Source: an uncultured Defluviitaleaceae bacterium (GTDB taxonomy: Bacteria; Bacillota; Clostridia; Lachnospirales; WRBF01). Taken from it: a stretch of DNA of 64,000 nt. The stretch is taken from positions 68,143 through 132,142 of the forward strand of contig CAZBLK010000001.1 in NCBI GenBank assembly GCA_964492715.1. Reading direction: 5' to 3'. Positions 34,000 to 44,182 of the stretch are shown here, in pieces. Below the pieces are notes generated by a model. It was not told the DNA's origin. It saw only the letters and a list, made by a program, of their open reading frames with translations, and made no database searches. The translations under genes were made by a program, and so were the position numbers. Each line of letters starts with the position of its first letter. Position 1 is the first letter of the stretch.

Positions 34000-34998
34000 T
34001 TGGAGCAAAGAATAATTACGTCGGTTTCCCAAAGCGAGGACGTTTTGCTTGAGCCAAAGCTTCGTCCGCAAGGCTTTTCCGAATATGTAGGGCAAGACCA
34101 AGTTAAAAGCAACATGCAAGTTTACATTGAGGCGGCAAAAATGCGTAAAGAACCTTTGGACCATGTTCTTCTTTATGGTCCTCCAGGGCTTGGAAAAACT
34201 ACGCTTTCAAACATTATTGCCTCTGAAATGAGCGCAAGCATTAAAACAACGTCTGGCCCTGCAATTGAATACCAAAAAGACATGGCGGCAATTTTAAACG
34301 ACTTAAACGAAGGCGACATTTTATTCATTGACGAAATACACAGGCTAAACCGTGTCATTGAAGAAATGCTTTACCCTGCAATGGAAGACTTTGCTATGGA
34401 CATAATTATCGGAAAGGGGGCAGGGGCAAAAAGTATTAGGTTAAACCTCCCACGCTTTACATTAATTGGTGCTACAACACGCTATGGGCTTTTGACAGCG
34501 CCTTTGAGGGACCGTTTTGGCGTTGTTCACAGGCTAGAGCCATACAGCTTTGACCAGTTAAAAGAAATTGTTAAGCGTTCCGCTGGGGTACTTTCTGTTG
34601 AAATTAGTGACGAAGGGGCAGAGGAAGTTGCAAGGCGGTCACGAGGGACACCTCGTATAGCAAACCGCCTTCTTAAACGTGTTAGGGACTTTGCACAAGT
34701 TAAATATAACGGTATAATTTCTGACGAAGCAGCGAAGGCTTCTTTGGACTCATTGAACGTTGACAAAATGGGGCTTGACAGCATTGACAGAACTATGCTT
34801 ACAGCTATTATTCAAAGCTTTGGCGGCGGACCCGTGGGGCTTGACACAATTGCCGTTGCAATTGGCGAAGACGCAAACACAATTGAGGACGTTTACGAGC
34901 CTTATTTAATTCAGCTTGGGTTCATTCAGCGTACAGCACGTGGGCGTGTAGCAACAGAGCTTTGCCGAAAATATTTAGCGGAAGCAGAAATAAATTAA
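34000..34998 (+). CDS. ruvB: Holliday junction DNA helicase RuvB
   Basis: [12 protein letters not shown], Walker [16 protein letters not shown]. In-frame TTG at 34000 follows aaggtgg and the ruvA stop. Confidence 0.95.
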   Translation: MEQRIITSVSQSEDVLLEPKLRPQGFSEYVGQDQVKSNMQVYIEAAKMRKEPLDHVLLYGPPGLGKTTLSNIIASEMSASIKTTSGPAIEYQKDMAAILNDLNEGDILFIDEIHRLNRVIEEMLYPAMEDFAMDIIIGKGAGAKSIRLNLPRFTLIGATTRYGLLTAPLRDRFGVVHRLEPYSFDQLKEIVKRSAGVLSVEISDEGAEEVARRSRGTPRIANRLLKRVRDFAQVKYNGIISDEAAKASLDSLNVDKMGLDSIDRTMLTAIIQSFGGGPVGLDTIAVAIGEDANTIEDVYEPYLIQLGFIQRTARGRVATELCRKYLAEAEIN

Positions 34999-35027
34999 TT
35001 GTAAAAATTATTTTGGGGGTATTTAGA

Positions 35028-35840
35028 ATGAACCAAAATGGAAACAACAATAATATAAGTGAAAACTTAGGCACAGAAAATGAAATGTATCGAATTGTTG
35101 TTGAAGATACAAAACCTATGGGCTTTATAAGCCGTTTTGTTTCGCTTTTTGTTTCACCAACTAAGCTAATGCAAAACATTTCGTTGTATCAAAAGTTTTT
35201 GCAGCCAATGGTAATTTTAGCTTTAATTGCTATTGCTATGATGCCGTTCACATCAAAGCTTGAACAAGTTGTGTACGCTGAGCAGTCCATAATTTTTGTA
35301 GAACGATTTGGCTCTGACTTTTTGAATTTTAGCCAAATGCCTTCATCTATAGAAACTTTGGGTACAGCGTATTACCTAATAACTTTTGTTGGGGGGCTTA
35401 TTGGTTTTGTAATTGCAATTTTATATATGACAATTGTTTTAAAAATATTAACAGCGTTTTTTAGAGGTACTGCAAAATTCAAGCAATATTTTTCTATGAT
35501 TTCCCACACAGCAATTATTTCTAGTATAGGCGGCTTGATAAGCACTATAGTAAGTGTAGCTATTAGTTCAACTCTTAATGTAACTTCGCTTGCAGCAGTT
35601 TTTATGCCGAATGGCAACTTTACTATGATTGAGTACAATTTTTTATCTGCAATTACAATTTTTTCAATTTGGGAATTTGTGCTTATTTTTATAGGAGTTA
35701 AAGAAATAAATGGTTTTTCAAAGGTTAAAGCAGCAGTATTAGTATGTTTATTATTTGTAATTTCTATGGCAATTATGGCTGGGATATCGTATATTCCTGT
35801 AATGAGTTATGATGCGATTTTCCAAGGCCTACCAAAATAA
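35028..35840 (+). CDS. Yip1/DUF1282-family membrane protein
   Basis: Asn-rich N-terminus, FISRFVSLFVSPTKLMQNI motif, then about 5 TM segments. Confidence 0.55.
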   Translation: MNQNGNNNNISENLGTENEMYRIVVEDTKPMGFISRFVSLFVSPTKLMQNISLYQKFLQPMVILALIAIAMMPFTSKLEQVVYAEQSIIFVERFGSDFLNFSQMPSSIETLGTAYYLITFVGGLIGFVIAILYMTIVLKILTAFFRGTAKFKQYFSMISHTAIISSIGGLISTIVSVAISSTLNVTSLAAVFMPNGNFTMIEYNFLSAITIFSIWEFVLIFIGVKEINGFSKVKAAVLVCLLFVISMAIMAGISYIPVMSYDAIFQGLPK

Positions 35841-35878
35841 ACTAAAAAATGCAAATTGCAATAGAAGGAGAGCATAAA

Positions 35879-37357
35879 ATGTCAAAAAAGACAAAAATAG
35901 CAATTGCTGTTGTTGTGATTACAGTAATTGGCGGTTTCATTTTCTTTGCCATTAACAACGCAAACAGCAGAGAATCAGCTTCTGGTATTTCTAAAAATGC
36001 GTTTCCAGTTGATATAGAAAAATCTCACAAGGAAACTATTGTAACAAAAGTTACAGCAAAAGGCGGCGTTGAAATTATTAAAAAAGACAACGTGTACGCT
36101 ACATCTACAGGTAAAATTAATAAGCTTAACGTAAAGCTTGGTGACGTCATTACAAAGGACATGGTTCTATTGACATATGACGACAAGTCACTTCAAACGC
36201 TTCAAAACCAGCTTCAAGACGCAGAGCTTGCGCTAAAGGCTGCAAGGCTTGGGCTTTCGGCTCTTACAATTCCAGCTTCTGAGTCCGAGCTTTCAATGGC
36301 TGATGCCAAAGTTAAGCAAGCCGAAAAATCAATTGATGATATTAACTATCAAGTAAGCCAGCTTGACAGCACAATAGCAAGGCTTGAAAGAGACATTCAA
36401 GAGGCTGAAAAAAAGTTTAGCGACAACAAAGCTTTGTTTGAAAAAGGAGTTATTGCACAAAAAGAGCTTACGGCTTATTCGGACAACGTGAAGCAGCTTA
36501 AAGACCAGCTTGAAACACAAAAGGCGCAAAGAAACAACACGCTTTTGTCAATGAGCTCTGCCGAGCGAACTCTTTCTGCCGCTAAGTCAGACTATTCAAT
36601 TGTTCAAAACAAAAGTAAGGAAGCAAGCAACCAAAACCGCATTGCACAACAGCAAGTTTCGGTTGAGCAAGCAAGTTTAAGAATTGAACAAATTAAAAAA
36701 GAAATAAATGACTTTAAAACAGAGGAAGTAAGCGAGGTTGAAGGTGTAGTAACAGCACTTTATACAGCCGAGGGTGAAACAGCCGCTACAGGCAAAGTTT
36801 TAATGGAAATTTCAAAACTTAGCTACGACAACCTTGTTATAAAAGTAAACGTTCCAGAAAACAAAGCTTCTGCAATTGCTGTTGGGCAAAAGGTAGAGCT
36901 TCGTGGTGACGCCCTTGGCAAAAATGTTTACGAAGGCGTACTAAGCAAAATAAACCCTATTGCAGAGCGCAAACAAATTGGAAATTCAACAGAAACTGTT
37001 GTTACCGTTGAAATTTCTTTAAAGGAAGAAAACCCAAACATTAGGCCAGGGTACACAATTGAAACAGCTATTGTTACAAACACAACAGAGGACGCAGTTT
37101 GTGTTCCGCTTATGGCTACACGTATGGACGACGAGGGCAACGACTATGTTTATATAATGAAAAGTGACTATTCCGTTGAAAAACGTATAATTAAACTTGG
37201 TGAATATTCTGGAATTTACGTTGCAGTTGACTCTGTTGCAGAAGGTGAAAATGTTATTATGACGTCAGCACCTCAAATTACAGAAGGAAGCTTTGTTAAA
37301 CCAATTTCAGGAGTTGATTCAACAAATTCAACTAGCGGAAGTGGGCAAGGTGAGTAG
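35879..37357 (+). CDS. efflux transporter periplasmic adaptor subunit (HlyD/MacA-like)
   Basis: N-terminal TM anchor, long coiled-coil, beta-barrel C-terminal part. Sits upstream of MacB-type ABC genes. Confidence 0.8.
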   Translation: MSKKTKIAIAVVVITVIGGFIFFAINNANSRESASGISKNAFPVDIEKSHKETIVTKVTAKGGVEIIKKDNVYATSTGKINKLNVKLGDVITKDMVLLTYDDKSLQTLQNQLQDAELALKAARLGLSALTIPASESELSMADAKVKQAEKSIDDINYQVSQLDSTIARLERDIQEAEKKFSDNKALFEKGVIAQKELTAYSDNVKQLKDQLETQKAQRNNTLLSMSSAERTLSAAKSDYSIVQNKSKEASNQNRIAQQQVSVEQASLRIEQIKKEINDFKTEEVSEVEGVVTALYTAEGETAATGKVLMEISKLSYDNLVIKVNVPENKASAIAVGQKVELRGDALGKNVYEGVLSKINPIAERKQIGNSTETVVTVEISLKEENPNIRPGYTIETAIVTNTTEDAVCVPLMATRMDDEGNDYVYIMKSDYSVEKRIIKLGEYSGIYVAVDSVAEGENVIMTSAPQITEGSFVKPISGVDSTNSTSGSGQGE

Positions 37358-37358
37358 T

Positions 37359-38060
37359 ATGCAGTCGATAATTAAAACAGAGGGGCTACACAAGGTTTAC
37401 AGAAACGGAAGAATTGAAGTTTCGGCTTTAAGAGGAATTGACTTAAACATAAACCAAGGTGAATATGTTGCAATTATGGGTGCGTCTGGCTCGGGTAAGT
37501 CTACACTAATGAACATTTTGGGCTGTTTGGACTCGCTTACAAAAGGGAAATATCTTTTGGACGGTGAGGACGTTTCTACGCTTCAAGGCAAAAAGCTTGC
37601 AATGATTAGAAACAGAAAAATAGGCTTCGTTTTTCAATCGTTTAACCTTTTGCCAAAGCTTACTGCGTTGCAAAACGTAGAACTTCCGATGGTTTATGCA
37701 GGGGTAAACGGCAAAAAGCGGCGTGAAGCAGCAATGGAAGCATTGGAAAAAGTAGGGCTTACTGAAAGAGTTAAGCACAGGCCGAACGAGCTTTCAGGTG
37801 GGCAAAGGCAGCGTGTTGCAATTGCTCGTGCGCTTGTAAACAAGCCTTCGCTTTTGCTTGCCGACGAACCAACAGGAAACTTAGACAGTAGGTCGGGCGA
37901 AGAAATTATGGGGGTTTTTGCAAAGCTTTACAGCGAAGGTTCGACAATTGTAATGGTAACTCACGAGGACGAAATTGCACAGCACACAAACCGCATTGTT
38001 ACATTTAAAGATGGGCTTGTTGTAAGTGATGTTCCTGCCGAGGGAAGGGGGCGTTTGTAA
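37359..38060 (+). CDS. ABC transporter ATP-binding protein (MacB/LolD type)
   Basis: [36 protein letters not shown]. Confidence 0.92.
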   Translation: MQSIIKTEGLHKVYRNGRIEVSALRGIDLNINQGEYVAIMGASGSGKSTLMNILGCLDSLTKGKYLLDGEDVSTLQGKKLAMIRNRKIGFVFQSFNLLPKLTALQNVELPMVYAGVNGKKRREAAMEALEKVGLTERVKHRPNELSGGQRQRVAIARALVNKPSLLLADEPTGNLDSRSGEEIMGVFAKLYSEGSTIVMVTHEDEIAQHTNRIVTFKDGLVVSDVPAEGRGRL

Positions 38061-38080
38061 TTAGCATTTTAGAAAACATA

Positions 38081-39256
38081 ATGTCAGCCTTTTCAAGCGT
38101 TTTGTCAAACAAAATGCGCTCAATTCTTACAATGCTAGGAATTATTATTGGTATAAGCTCTGTTATAATGATTACGTCAATTGGAGCTGGGTTTCAAGCA
38201 ACTACTATGAATACTTTTTCAAACATGGGCATGGAGCGCCTTGAAATTGGCATGAAGTACGACGAGGAGTTAAAATCAAGCGACTACTTGGTTATGGAAG
38301 ACATAGACATTGTGCGCTCGCACCCTGATGTTAAATATGCTTCGGCAATTTGGTCGTCGTCTGGGTTTGTTGGACTTAAAAACCCATCAGAAACAGAGCG
38401 TTGCTATTTTATTGGAAGTGACGAACAGTACCGCTATGTTCAGCCGATAGAGCTTAAATACGGAAGGTTTGTAACAGCACCAGACGTAGAAAACAAAAGC
38501 TATGTTGCTGTAATTGAAGAAACGCTTGCAATAAAGGTTTTTGGAAAGGCAGATGCCGTTGGCGAAAAAATAAACGTTAAGTTTTGGAGCGGAAGCTCAG
38601 AGCTTACTGTTATCGGCGTTACAAAGTCGGAGCAGTATAACGCAATGTTCCAAATGCCAAGCTTTATTTACATGCCTATTTCAGCGATAATGGACATTTA
38701 TAACTCGTCTAATGTTGATGGTTTTTATGTAACCGCAAAGGACAAGGAAAAAATGGACAGAATGGCTGTTGAGCTTGTAAAGCTTCTTGAGGTGAGGCAC
38801 GGCAACGAAAACAAGTACAGGGCAGACAACATGCTTAAACAGCTTGACGAAATTAACACAGTTTTGTCGGGCATTACAGGGTTTGTTGGGCTTGTTGCCG
38901 GAATTTCTTTGGTTGTTGGCGGAATAGGCGTAATGAACATTATGCTTGTTACGGTTACGGAACGAACTAGAGAAATTGGAATTAGAAAAGCTCTTGGTGC
39001 GACAAACGGAAACATTAACATGCAATTTTTGATTGAAGCTATGATTTTGACGGCCATAGGCGGTATAATTGGAATAATTGTCGGGTATGTCGGTGGAATT
39101 GCCTTGGGGCAGGCTATAGACGTTTCACCTTCAATTTCTTTGCCTACTGTTGTTGGAACAGTTATTGCCTCCAGTGCAATTGGTATAGTTTTTGGGGTTT
39201 ATCCAGCAGGAAAAGCTGCAAAGCTTGACCCAATTGAAGCTTTGAGGTATGAATAG
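38081..39256 (+). CDS. ABC transporter permease (MacB/FtsX family)
   Basis: NKMRSILTMLGIIIGISSVI start of the FtsX-like fold, and REIGIRKALGA. The true start may lie a few codons upstream at a non-ATG codon. Confidence 0.88.
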   Translation: MSAFSSVLSNKMRSILTMLGIIIGISSVIMITSIGAGFQATTMNTFSNMGMERLEIGMKYDEELKSSDYLVMEDIDIVRSHPDVKYASAIWSSSGFVGLKNPSETERCYFIGSDEQYRYVQPIELKYGRFVTAPDVENKSYVAVIEETLAIKVFGKADAVGEKINVKFWSGSSELTVIGVTKSEQYNAMFQMPSFIYMPISAIMDIYNSSNVDGFYVTAKDKEKMDRMAVELVKLLEVRHGNENKYRADNMLKQLDEINTVLSGITGFVGLVAGISLVVGGIGVMNIMLVTVTERTREIGIRKALGATNGNINMQFLIEAMILTAIGGIIGIIVGYVGGIALGQAIDVSPSISLPTVVGTVIASSAIGIVFGVYPAGKAAKLDPIEALRYE

Positions 39257-39277
39257 ATAAACTAAAGGATTAACAAC

Positions 39278-39320
39278 TAAGCTTACCTTATTTTAGTGGG
39301 GTAAGCTTAATTATTTATTG
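39278..39320 (+). terminator. intrinsic terminator
   Basis: taagcttacc / ggtaagctta stem followed by T-rich sequence. Confidence 0.65.
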
Positions 39321-39421
39321 GTAACTCTATTTGCGTTTTGATTTTTTTATGATAAAATAAAGAAGAAGCAAATTGAATTTTAATAGCAATTTAATATTAA
39401 TTTAATAGCAAATTGAAACAA

Positions 39422-39494
39422 TACAGCAATTCTGAAAATAATCCCTACAAGCTTCGCTTCTATCGTTATTTTCTCATTATTTTCTGAAATTGCT
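39422..39494 (+). repeat. intergenic repeat copy B (related to 9851-9949), ends 63 nt upstream of the CBS-pyrophosphatase start
   Basis: tacagcaattctgaaaataatccctacaagcttcgcttctatcgttattttctcattattttctgaaattgct. Its ends form an 18-19 nt imperfect inverted repeat. Confidence 0.75.
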
Positions 39495-39557
39495 TTAGAG
39501 AGCGTTTTCAAAAGTAAACTCTAAAATATATTACAAAAAAACGAAGGAAGGTGTTTT

Positions 39558-41177
39558 ATGGCTACAACATATATTTTTGGGCATCATAACCCAGATACCG
39601 ACTCTATCTGTTCGGCAATAGCCTATGCAGAACTTAAAAAGAAGCTTGGGCATGATGATGTTTTTGCATACAGGCTTGGAAAAATGAACAAGGAGACACA
39701 GTTTGTACTTGATTACTTTGATGTAAAAACACCACCGCTTTTAACAGACGTAAAGTTGAAGCTAAAAGACTTGGGGCTTTATAATGCTATTCCGCTTTTG
39801 CCTACAGACCCACTTAAAAAAGCATGGGACACAATTGGAACAAGCATAGGCGCAAGAATAATGCCAATTGTTGACGACAGAGGCATTTTAATTGGCATTG
39901 TTTCTATTGGTGACATAACAAAAATTTTCATGGAAATTGCAGATGAAGACTTGCTTGAAAAGTACGAAATAAGCTACGATAATTTGCTTAAAATTTTGGA
40001 CGGTCAATGCGTAAAAGGTACATACAATTATGATTCTCTTTGTGGCAGGCTTATAGTTGGAACGCCAATGTTTCCTCTTTCTGAGTTAACAGACAAAGAC
40101 ATAATTATTATTGGGCGTGCAGAGGACGCCAAAAATTTTGCAAACAACACAGCATGTGGGCTTGTAATTCTTACAAACGGGCTAAAGCCGATTGATGTTG
40201 AAAAAGCAAAGGGAAACGTCGTTTGCGTAAACCATTCAACTCACAGGACAATTACGCTTTTAAACCAAGCAATTTCTGTTCGCTCAGTTATGTGCTCTAA
40301 GCGGATTATGACGTTTTCAACCGAAAACTACGTTGAAGATATTATCGAAAACATGAAAACGTCTTCACACAGAAACTTTCCTGTTGTAAACAGGGAAGGA
40401 CGTCTTGTCGGTGTAATTTCAAGGCGGCACCTTTTGGAGTACAAGCAAAAGCAAGTTATTTTGGTTGACCATAATGAAAGAAGCCAGTCTGTAGCTGGCA
40501 TAGAAAATGCTAACATAATTGAAATTATAGACCACCACCGAATAGCAGACGTTCAAACTGACAAACCTTTAATGATAAGGGCAGAGCCTGTTGGCTGCAC
40601 ATCTACAATTATTTTTAAAATGTTTACAGAGAACGGCGTTAAGCCAACAAAGAAAACGGCAGGGCTTTTGCTTTCTGCAATTCTTTCAGACACGCTTATG
40701 TTTACTTCACCAACATGTACTGACCAAGACATGGCGGCGGCTGAAAAGCTTGCAAAAATTGCAAACGTTAAAATGGATGAGCTTGCAAGCCAAATGTTTG
40801 GTGCAAGCACCTCAATGTCGGAGTACACACCGCATGATATGCTAGAGCTTGACAGAAAGCAGTTTTCTATAGACAAATATTTGGTTTATATTTCACAAAT
40901 TAACACACTAGACTTTAAAACTATTGTTAACAAACGGTACGAGCTTTTGGACGAGATGGAAATTTTCAAAAAGGAAAAGCGGTGCGACCTTGTTATTCTT
41001 ATGATAACTGACATTGTGCTTGGCGGAAGCGAGATTATTGTTTGCGGCAAGGCAAAAGAGCTTGTAAAAAGAGCTTTCGGGCTTGAATTTGACGAAGCAA
41101 GTGTTTTCCTTCCTGGTGTTGTTTCTAGGAAAAAGCAAGTTGTGCCACGTCTTACAATGGCTGTTCAATCTTTGTAA
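39558..41177 (+). CDS. family II (DHH) inorganic pyrophosphatase with a CBS/DRTGG insert
   Basis: IFGHHNPDTDSICSAIAY DHH start, central CBS pair, DHNE and IDHHR motifs, DHHA2 C-terminus, 539 aa. Confidence 0.88.
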   Translation: MATTYIFGHHNPDTDSICSAIAYAELKKKLGHDDVFAYRLGKMNKETQFVLDYFDVKTPPLLTDVKLKLKDLGLYNAIPLLPTDPLKKAWDTIGTSIGARIMPIVDDRGILIGIVSIGDITKIFMEIADEDLLEKYEISYDNLLKILDGQCVKGTYNYDSLCGRLIVGTPMFPLSELTDKDIIIIGRAEDAKNFANNTACGLVILTNGLKPIDVEKAKGNVVCVNHSTHRTITLLNQAISVRSVMCSKRIMTFSTENYVEDIIENMKTSSHRNFPVVNREGRLVGVISRRHLLEYKQKQVILVDHNERSQSVAGIENANIIEIIDHHRIADVQTDKPLMIRAEPVGCTSTIIFKMFTENGVKPTKKTAGLLLSAILSDTLMFTSPTCTDQDMAAAEKLAKIANVKMDELASQMFGASTSMSEYTPHDMLELDRKQFSIDKYLVYISQINTLDFKTIVNKRYELLDEMEIFKKEKRCDLVILMITDIVLGGSEIIVCGKAKELVKRAFGLEFDEASVFLPGVVSRKKQVVPRLTMAVQSL

Positions 41178-41241
41178 AATATTAAATGTGTTTGAGGCGG
41201 CGTTATAGCCATTTAACTTTAACTATAAGCCGCCTAGAAAC

Positions 41242-41832
41242 ATGGGAAGTGAGGTTGCCAAGCGTATGAGCATTTTTAAAAGAATTAAGTACAACTCACC
41301 TGTAATAATTACGTATGCCCTTGTTTCTTTTCTTGCGCTTTTAATTCAGCATTTCACAAATGGTTTGGCTACATTTTATATTTTTAGTGTATATCGAAGT
41401 TCATTTAGTGACCCTTTGGCATATTTTAGAATATTTACCCATGTGCTAGGGCATATTAATTTTACGCATTATTTAAACAATTTTTTAATAATATTTTTAA
41501 TTGGACCAATGCTAGAAGAAAAGTACGGGTCTAAGCGTCTTATAGTAATGGTTATTTTAACTGCTTTTGTTACAGGGCTTTTAAACATAGTATTTTTTGA
41601 AACAATTCTTCTTGGGGCAAGTGGGGTTGCATTTATGCTAATTTTACTAAGCTCTTTTGCAAACATAAAAAAGGGGCAAATTCCGCTTACACTTCTTTTG
41701 GTTGCTTTGGCGTATATTGGTAAAGAGGTTTATGACGGAATGTTTGCAGTTGACAACATTTCGCATGTAACGCACATAGTTGGCGGCTTGTGCGGTGCAG
41801 TAATTGGGTTTTTTGCAAATAATAAAGAATAA
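41242..41832 (+). CDS. rhomboid family intramembrane serine protease
   Basis: GASGVAFML catalytic Ser and HVTHIVGGLCGAVIG catalytic His helix. Alternative start at 41266. Confidence 0.85.
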   Translation: MGSEVAKRMSIFKRIKYNSPVIITYALVSFLALLIQHFTNGLATFYIFSVYRSSFSDPLAYFRIFTHVLGHINFTHYLNNFLIIFLIGPMLEEKYGSKRLIVMVILTAFVTGLLNIVFFETILLGASGVAFMLILLSSFANIKKGQIPLTLLLVALAYIGKEVYDGMFAVDNISHVTHIVGGLCGAVIGFFANNKE

Positions 41833-41875
41833 ATTAAAAGCTTCATCAAAAGATTGCAAGATAGGGTTTGATTTT

Positions 41876-42703
41876 ATGGATAATGAGCATATAAAAATTA
41901 ATACATCAATACCAAGCTTAAAAAATAAAATTAAAATAGACGTTGAAGGGCCTACAGAGCGTGCCTATTGGTACATTCGCTTTAATATTCCGCTTGACAA
42001 AGCTTCTGTAAACCGTGACACAATGAATGTTACAGACACAGACGGGTATATTATGCGGACGTACATTTCATACGATGAGGACGAAAACCTTATAGTTATC
42101 GTACCTCTTGATTCGTATGAGCAGAACAGGTACTACTTTTTAAACATTTCTAAGCAAGTGCGCTCGGCAAAGGGGCAGCAGCTTAAACACGAAATACATA
42201 TCCTTTTTAAGCTGATTGACAACAGAATTTCTGAATTTGAAATTTTAAAAAGAACGGCACATGTGCCAAAGCCACGCCCACGCCCTGCAAACTATGACGA
42301 AATGAACAGTAGAAACAAGGGAAGCACAAAGTCGAAGGTGTACGCTTTTGAAAAAAATTCGTCTCAAAGAATTTCGCCTTCTGACGTTTTGCCGTTTGCC
42401 CCAATGAAAATTAATCCGCTTTTGGGTGTTGTAGGTTTGATTGCTGTTTTAATTGCGGCACTGCTTGGCATAGCTCCTTTAACAATTGGAAGCATTGTTC
42501 TTTGTTTTGGCGGAGTGGGGCATTTGGTTTTTCAGCTTGCAAACCGCAAGCTTAGGTCGGTCATTTCTTACAATAGGGGAGTAATGGCTTTTAATAGTGA
42601 AAAATATAGCAAGGCTAACATTTTGTTTAAAAAAGCATTAAGCCTTGACTATGAAAATGAAATGGCGGAATTTGGATTAAATAAAGTTAGTTTCTACTTA
42701 TAG
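41876..42703 (+). CDS. hypothetical membrane protein with an N-terminal Ig-like (SbsA_Ig/Big_5-like) region
   Basis: VNRDTMNVTDTDGYIM...LIVIVPLD pattern, two TM helices, and a TPR-like tail. Start chosen at ATG 41876. Confidence 0.5.
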   Translation: MDNEHIKINTSIPSLKNKIKIDVEGPTERAYWYIRFNIPLDKASVNRDTMNVTDTDGYIMRTYISYDEDENLIVIVPLDSYEQNRYYFLNISKQVRSAKGQQLKHEIHILFKLIDNRISEFEILKRTAHVPKPRPRPANYDEMNSRNKGSTKSKVYAFEKNSSQRISPSDVLPFAPMKINPLLGVVGLIAVLIAALLGIAPLTIGSIVLCFGGVGHLVFQLANRKLRSVISYNRGVMAFNSEKYSKANILFKKALSLDYENEMAEFGLNKVSFYL

Positions 42704-42823
42704 TTTTTGATTATAGTTTTTATGCGTTGTTTTATTTTTGTGTTAAAAAACAATTAAGTTTCACAATTTGTTCATACAATCTTCATATTTAACATTTATT
42801 ATATGTTCAAGGAGATGATTTGT

Positions 42824-44140
42824 ATGAGTTTTAATTATAACAACAATAACAATTACGATAATGAATATGGATACAATTTTTCTAACAACACAAACAGCAA
42901 TGAAATAATAATTGTAGAACGAAGAAGCAAAAGTAGCAGGCGAAAGCTAGGTAAAGCAGTAATTTCCTTAGTTTTGGCTACCACACTTTCGCTTGGAATG
43001 TTTTCTATTGGTTACAAAGCGGGGCAGGGGGAAAGAGAGAACGAAGCAAACTTTACCGTTGGTTATTCATCTGAAAGCACTGAAAAATTAAATAGTACAG
43101 ATAGTTATTTGGAAGATGAATACGACATTGTTTTAACGGCGGCTAACTCAGTTAAGCCTTTGGCTGCTGGCAACACGAGCGTTGTTTCTGTAGTAAAGGC
43201 AGTTGCTGATTCTGTCGTTAGCATTAACACAGTTACAGAGCAAAAATACAGGTATTATTACGCAAGCGGTCAGCAAGCAGGTTCTGGAATTATTTTTGCA
43301 GAAGATAACGAAAAAATTTACATAGTTACTAACCAGCATGTTATTGATTCTGCAATTTCGGCAACAATTTCAGTAGATGACGACAAGCAGGCTCCAGCAG
43401 TAAGTATAGTTGGGGAAGACAATAAAAAAGACATTGCTGTACTTTCCGTAACAAAGAAAGCACTAGCTGAAGCTGGAATTGACAGCTACAAAATTGCAAC
43501 TTTCGGAGACTCTGAAAAGCTTGAAATGGGTGAAAGTGTAGTTGCAATTGGAAACGCACTAGGCGAAGGAAAAAGCGCAACACTTGGCATTGTTTCAGCA
43601 AAAAACAAAAAGGTTGAAGTTGACGGCAGAACATTTAAAATGCTTCAGACAGACGCAGCAATTAACCCAGGAAACAGCGGCGGCGCACTGGTTGACATGA
43701 CAGGCAAAGTAATTGGTGTAAACACTGTCAAGGTTTTAAGCGGCGGAATAGAGGGCATGGGCTACAGCATACCTATTAACGAGGTGAAAGCTGTAGTTGA
43801 AGATATTATGAAAACGCCTAGTTCTTCAAGCACAAGCGCTTTTAAAGGAGAAACACCTATCCTTGGCGTTAAAGGTGTAGAAATTACTGACAGTGTAAAA
43901 GCAGCTTATGGTTTCATTACAAACGGTGTTTACTTGTCAACTGTTTACGAAGGCAGCAGCGCATTTGATGCAGGGCTTAAAGTAAGCGACATAATTGTTT
44001 CTTTTAACGGAAAAAGAACTTCAACAATGAGCCAACTTTCGCAAGCTATTTTGGAAACAAAAGTAGGCGACACAGTAAAGGTTGAAATTGTTCGAGATAA
44101 TTCTAAAGTTTTAGCAGTTGATGTTACTATGAAAAGTTAG
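42824..44140 (+). CDS. HtrA/DegP-family serine protease with a PDZ domain (copy 1)
   Basis: TM anchor, TNQHV, DIAVL, GNSGGAL catalytic triad, C-terminal PDZ. RBS aaggag lies 9 nt upstream. Confidence 0.92.
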   Translation: MSFNYNNNNNYDNEYGYNFSNNTNSNEIIIVERRSKSSRRKLGKAVISLVLATTLSLGMFSIGYKAGQGERENEANFTVGYSSESTEKLNSTDSYLEDEYDIVLTAANSVKPLAAGNTSVVSVVKAVADSVVSINTVTEQKYRYYYASGQQAGSGIIFAEDNEKIYIVTNQHVIDSAISATISVDDDKQAPAVSIVGEDNKKDIAVLSVTKKALAEAGIDSYKIATFGDSEKLEMGESVVAIGNALGEGKSATLGIVSAKNKKVEVDGRTFKMLQTDAAINPGNSGGALVDMTGKVIGVNTVKVLSGGIEGMGYSIPINEVKAVVEDIMKTPSSSSTSAFKGETPILGVKGVEITDSVKAAYGFITNGVYLSTVYEGSSAFDAGLKVSDIIVSFNGKRTSTMSQLSQAILETKVGDTVKVEIVRDNSKVLAVDVTMKS

Positions 44141-44182
44141 GAATATAAGACAGTGAATAGATTTGATAAGGAGGGTTACTCT

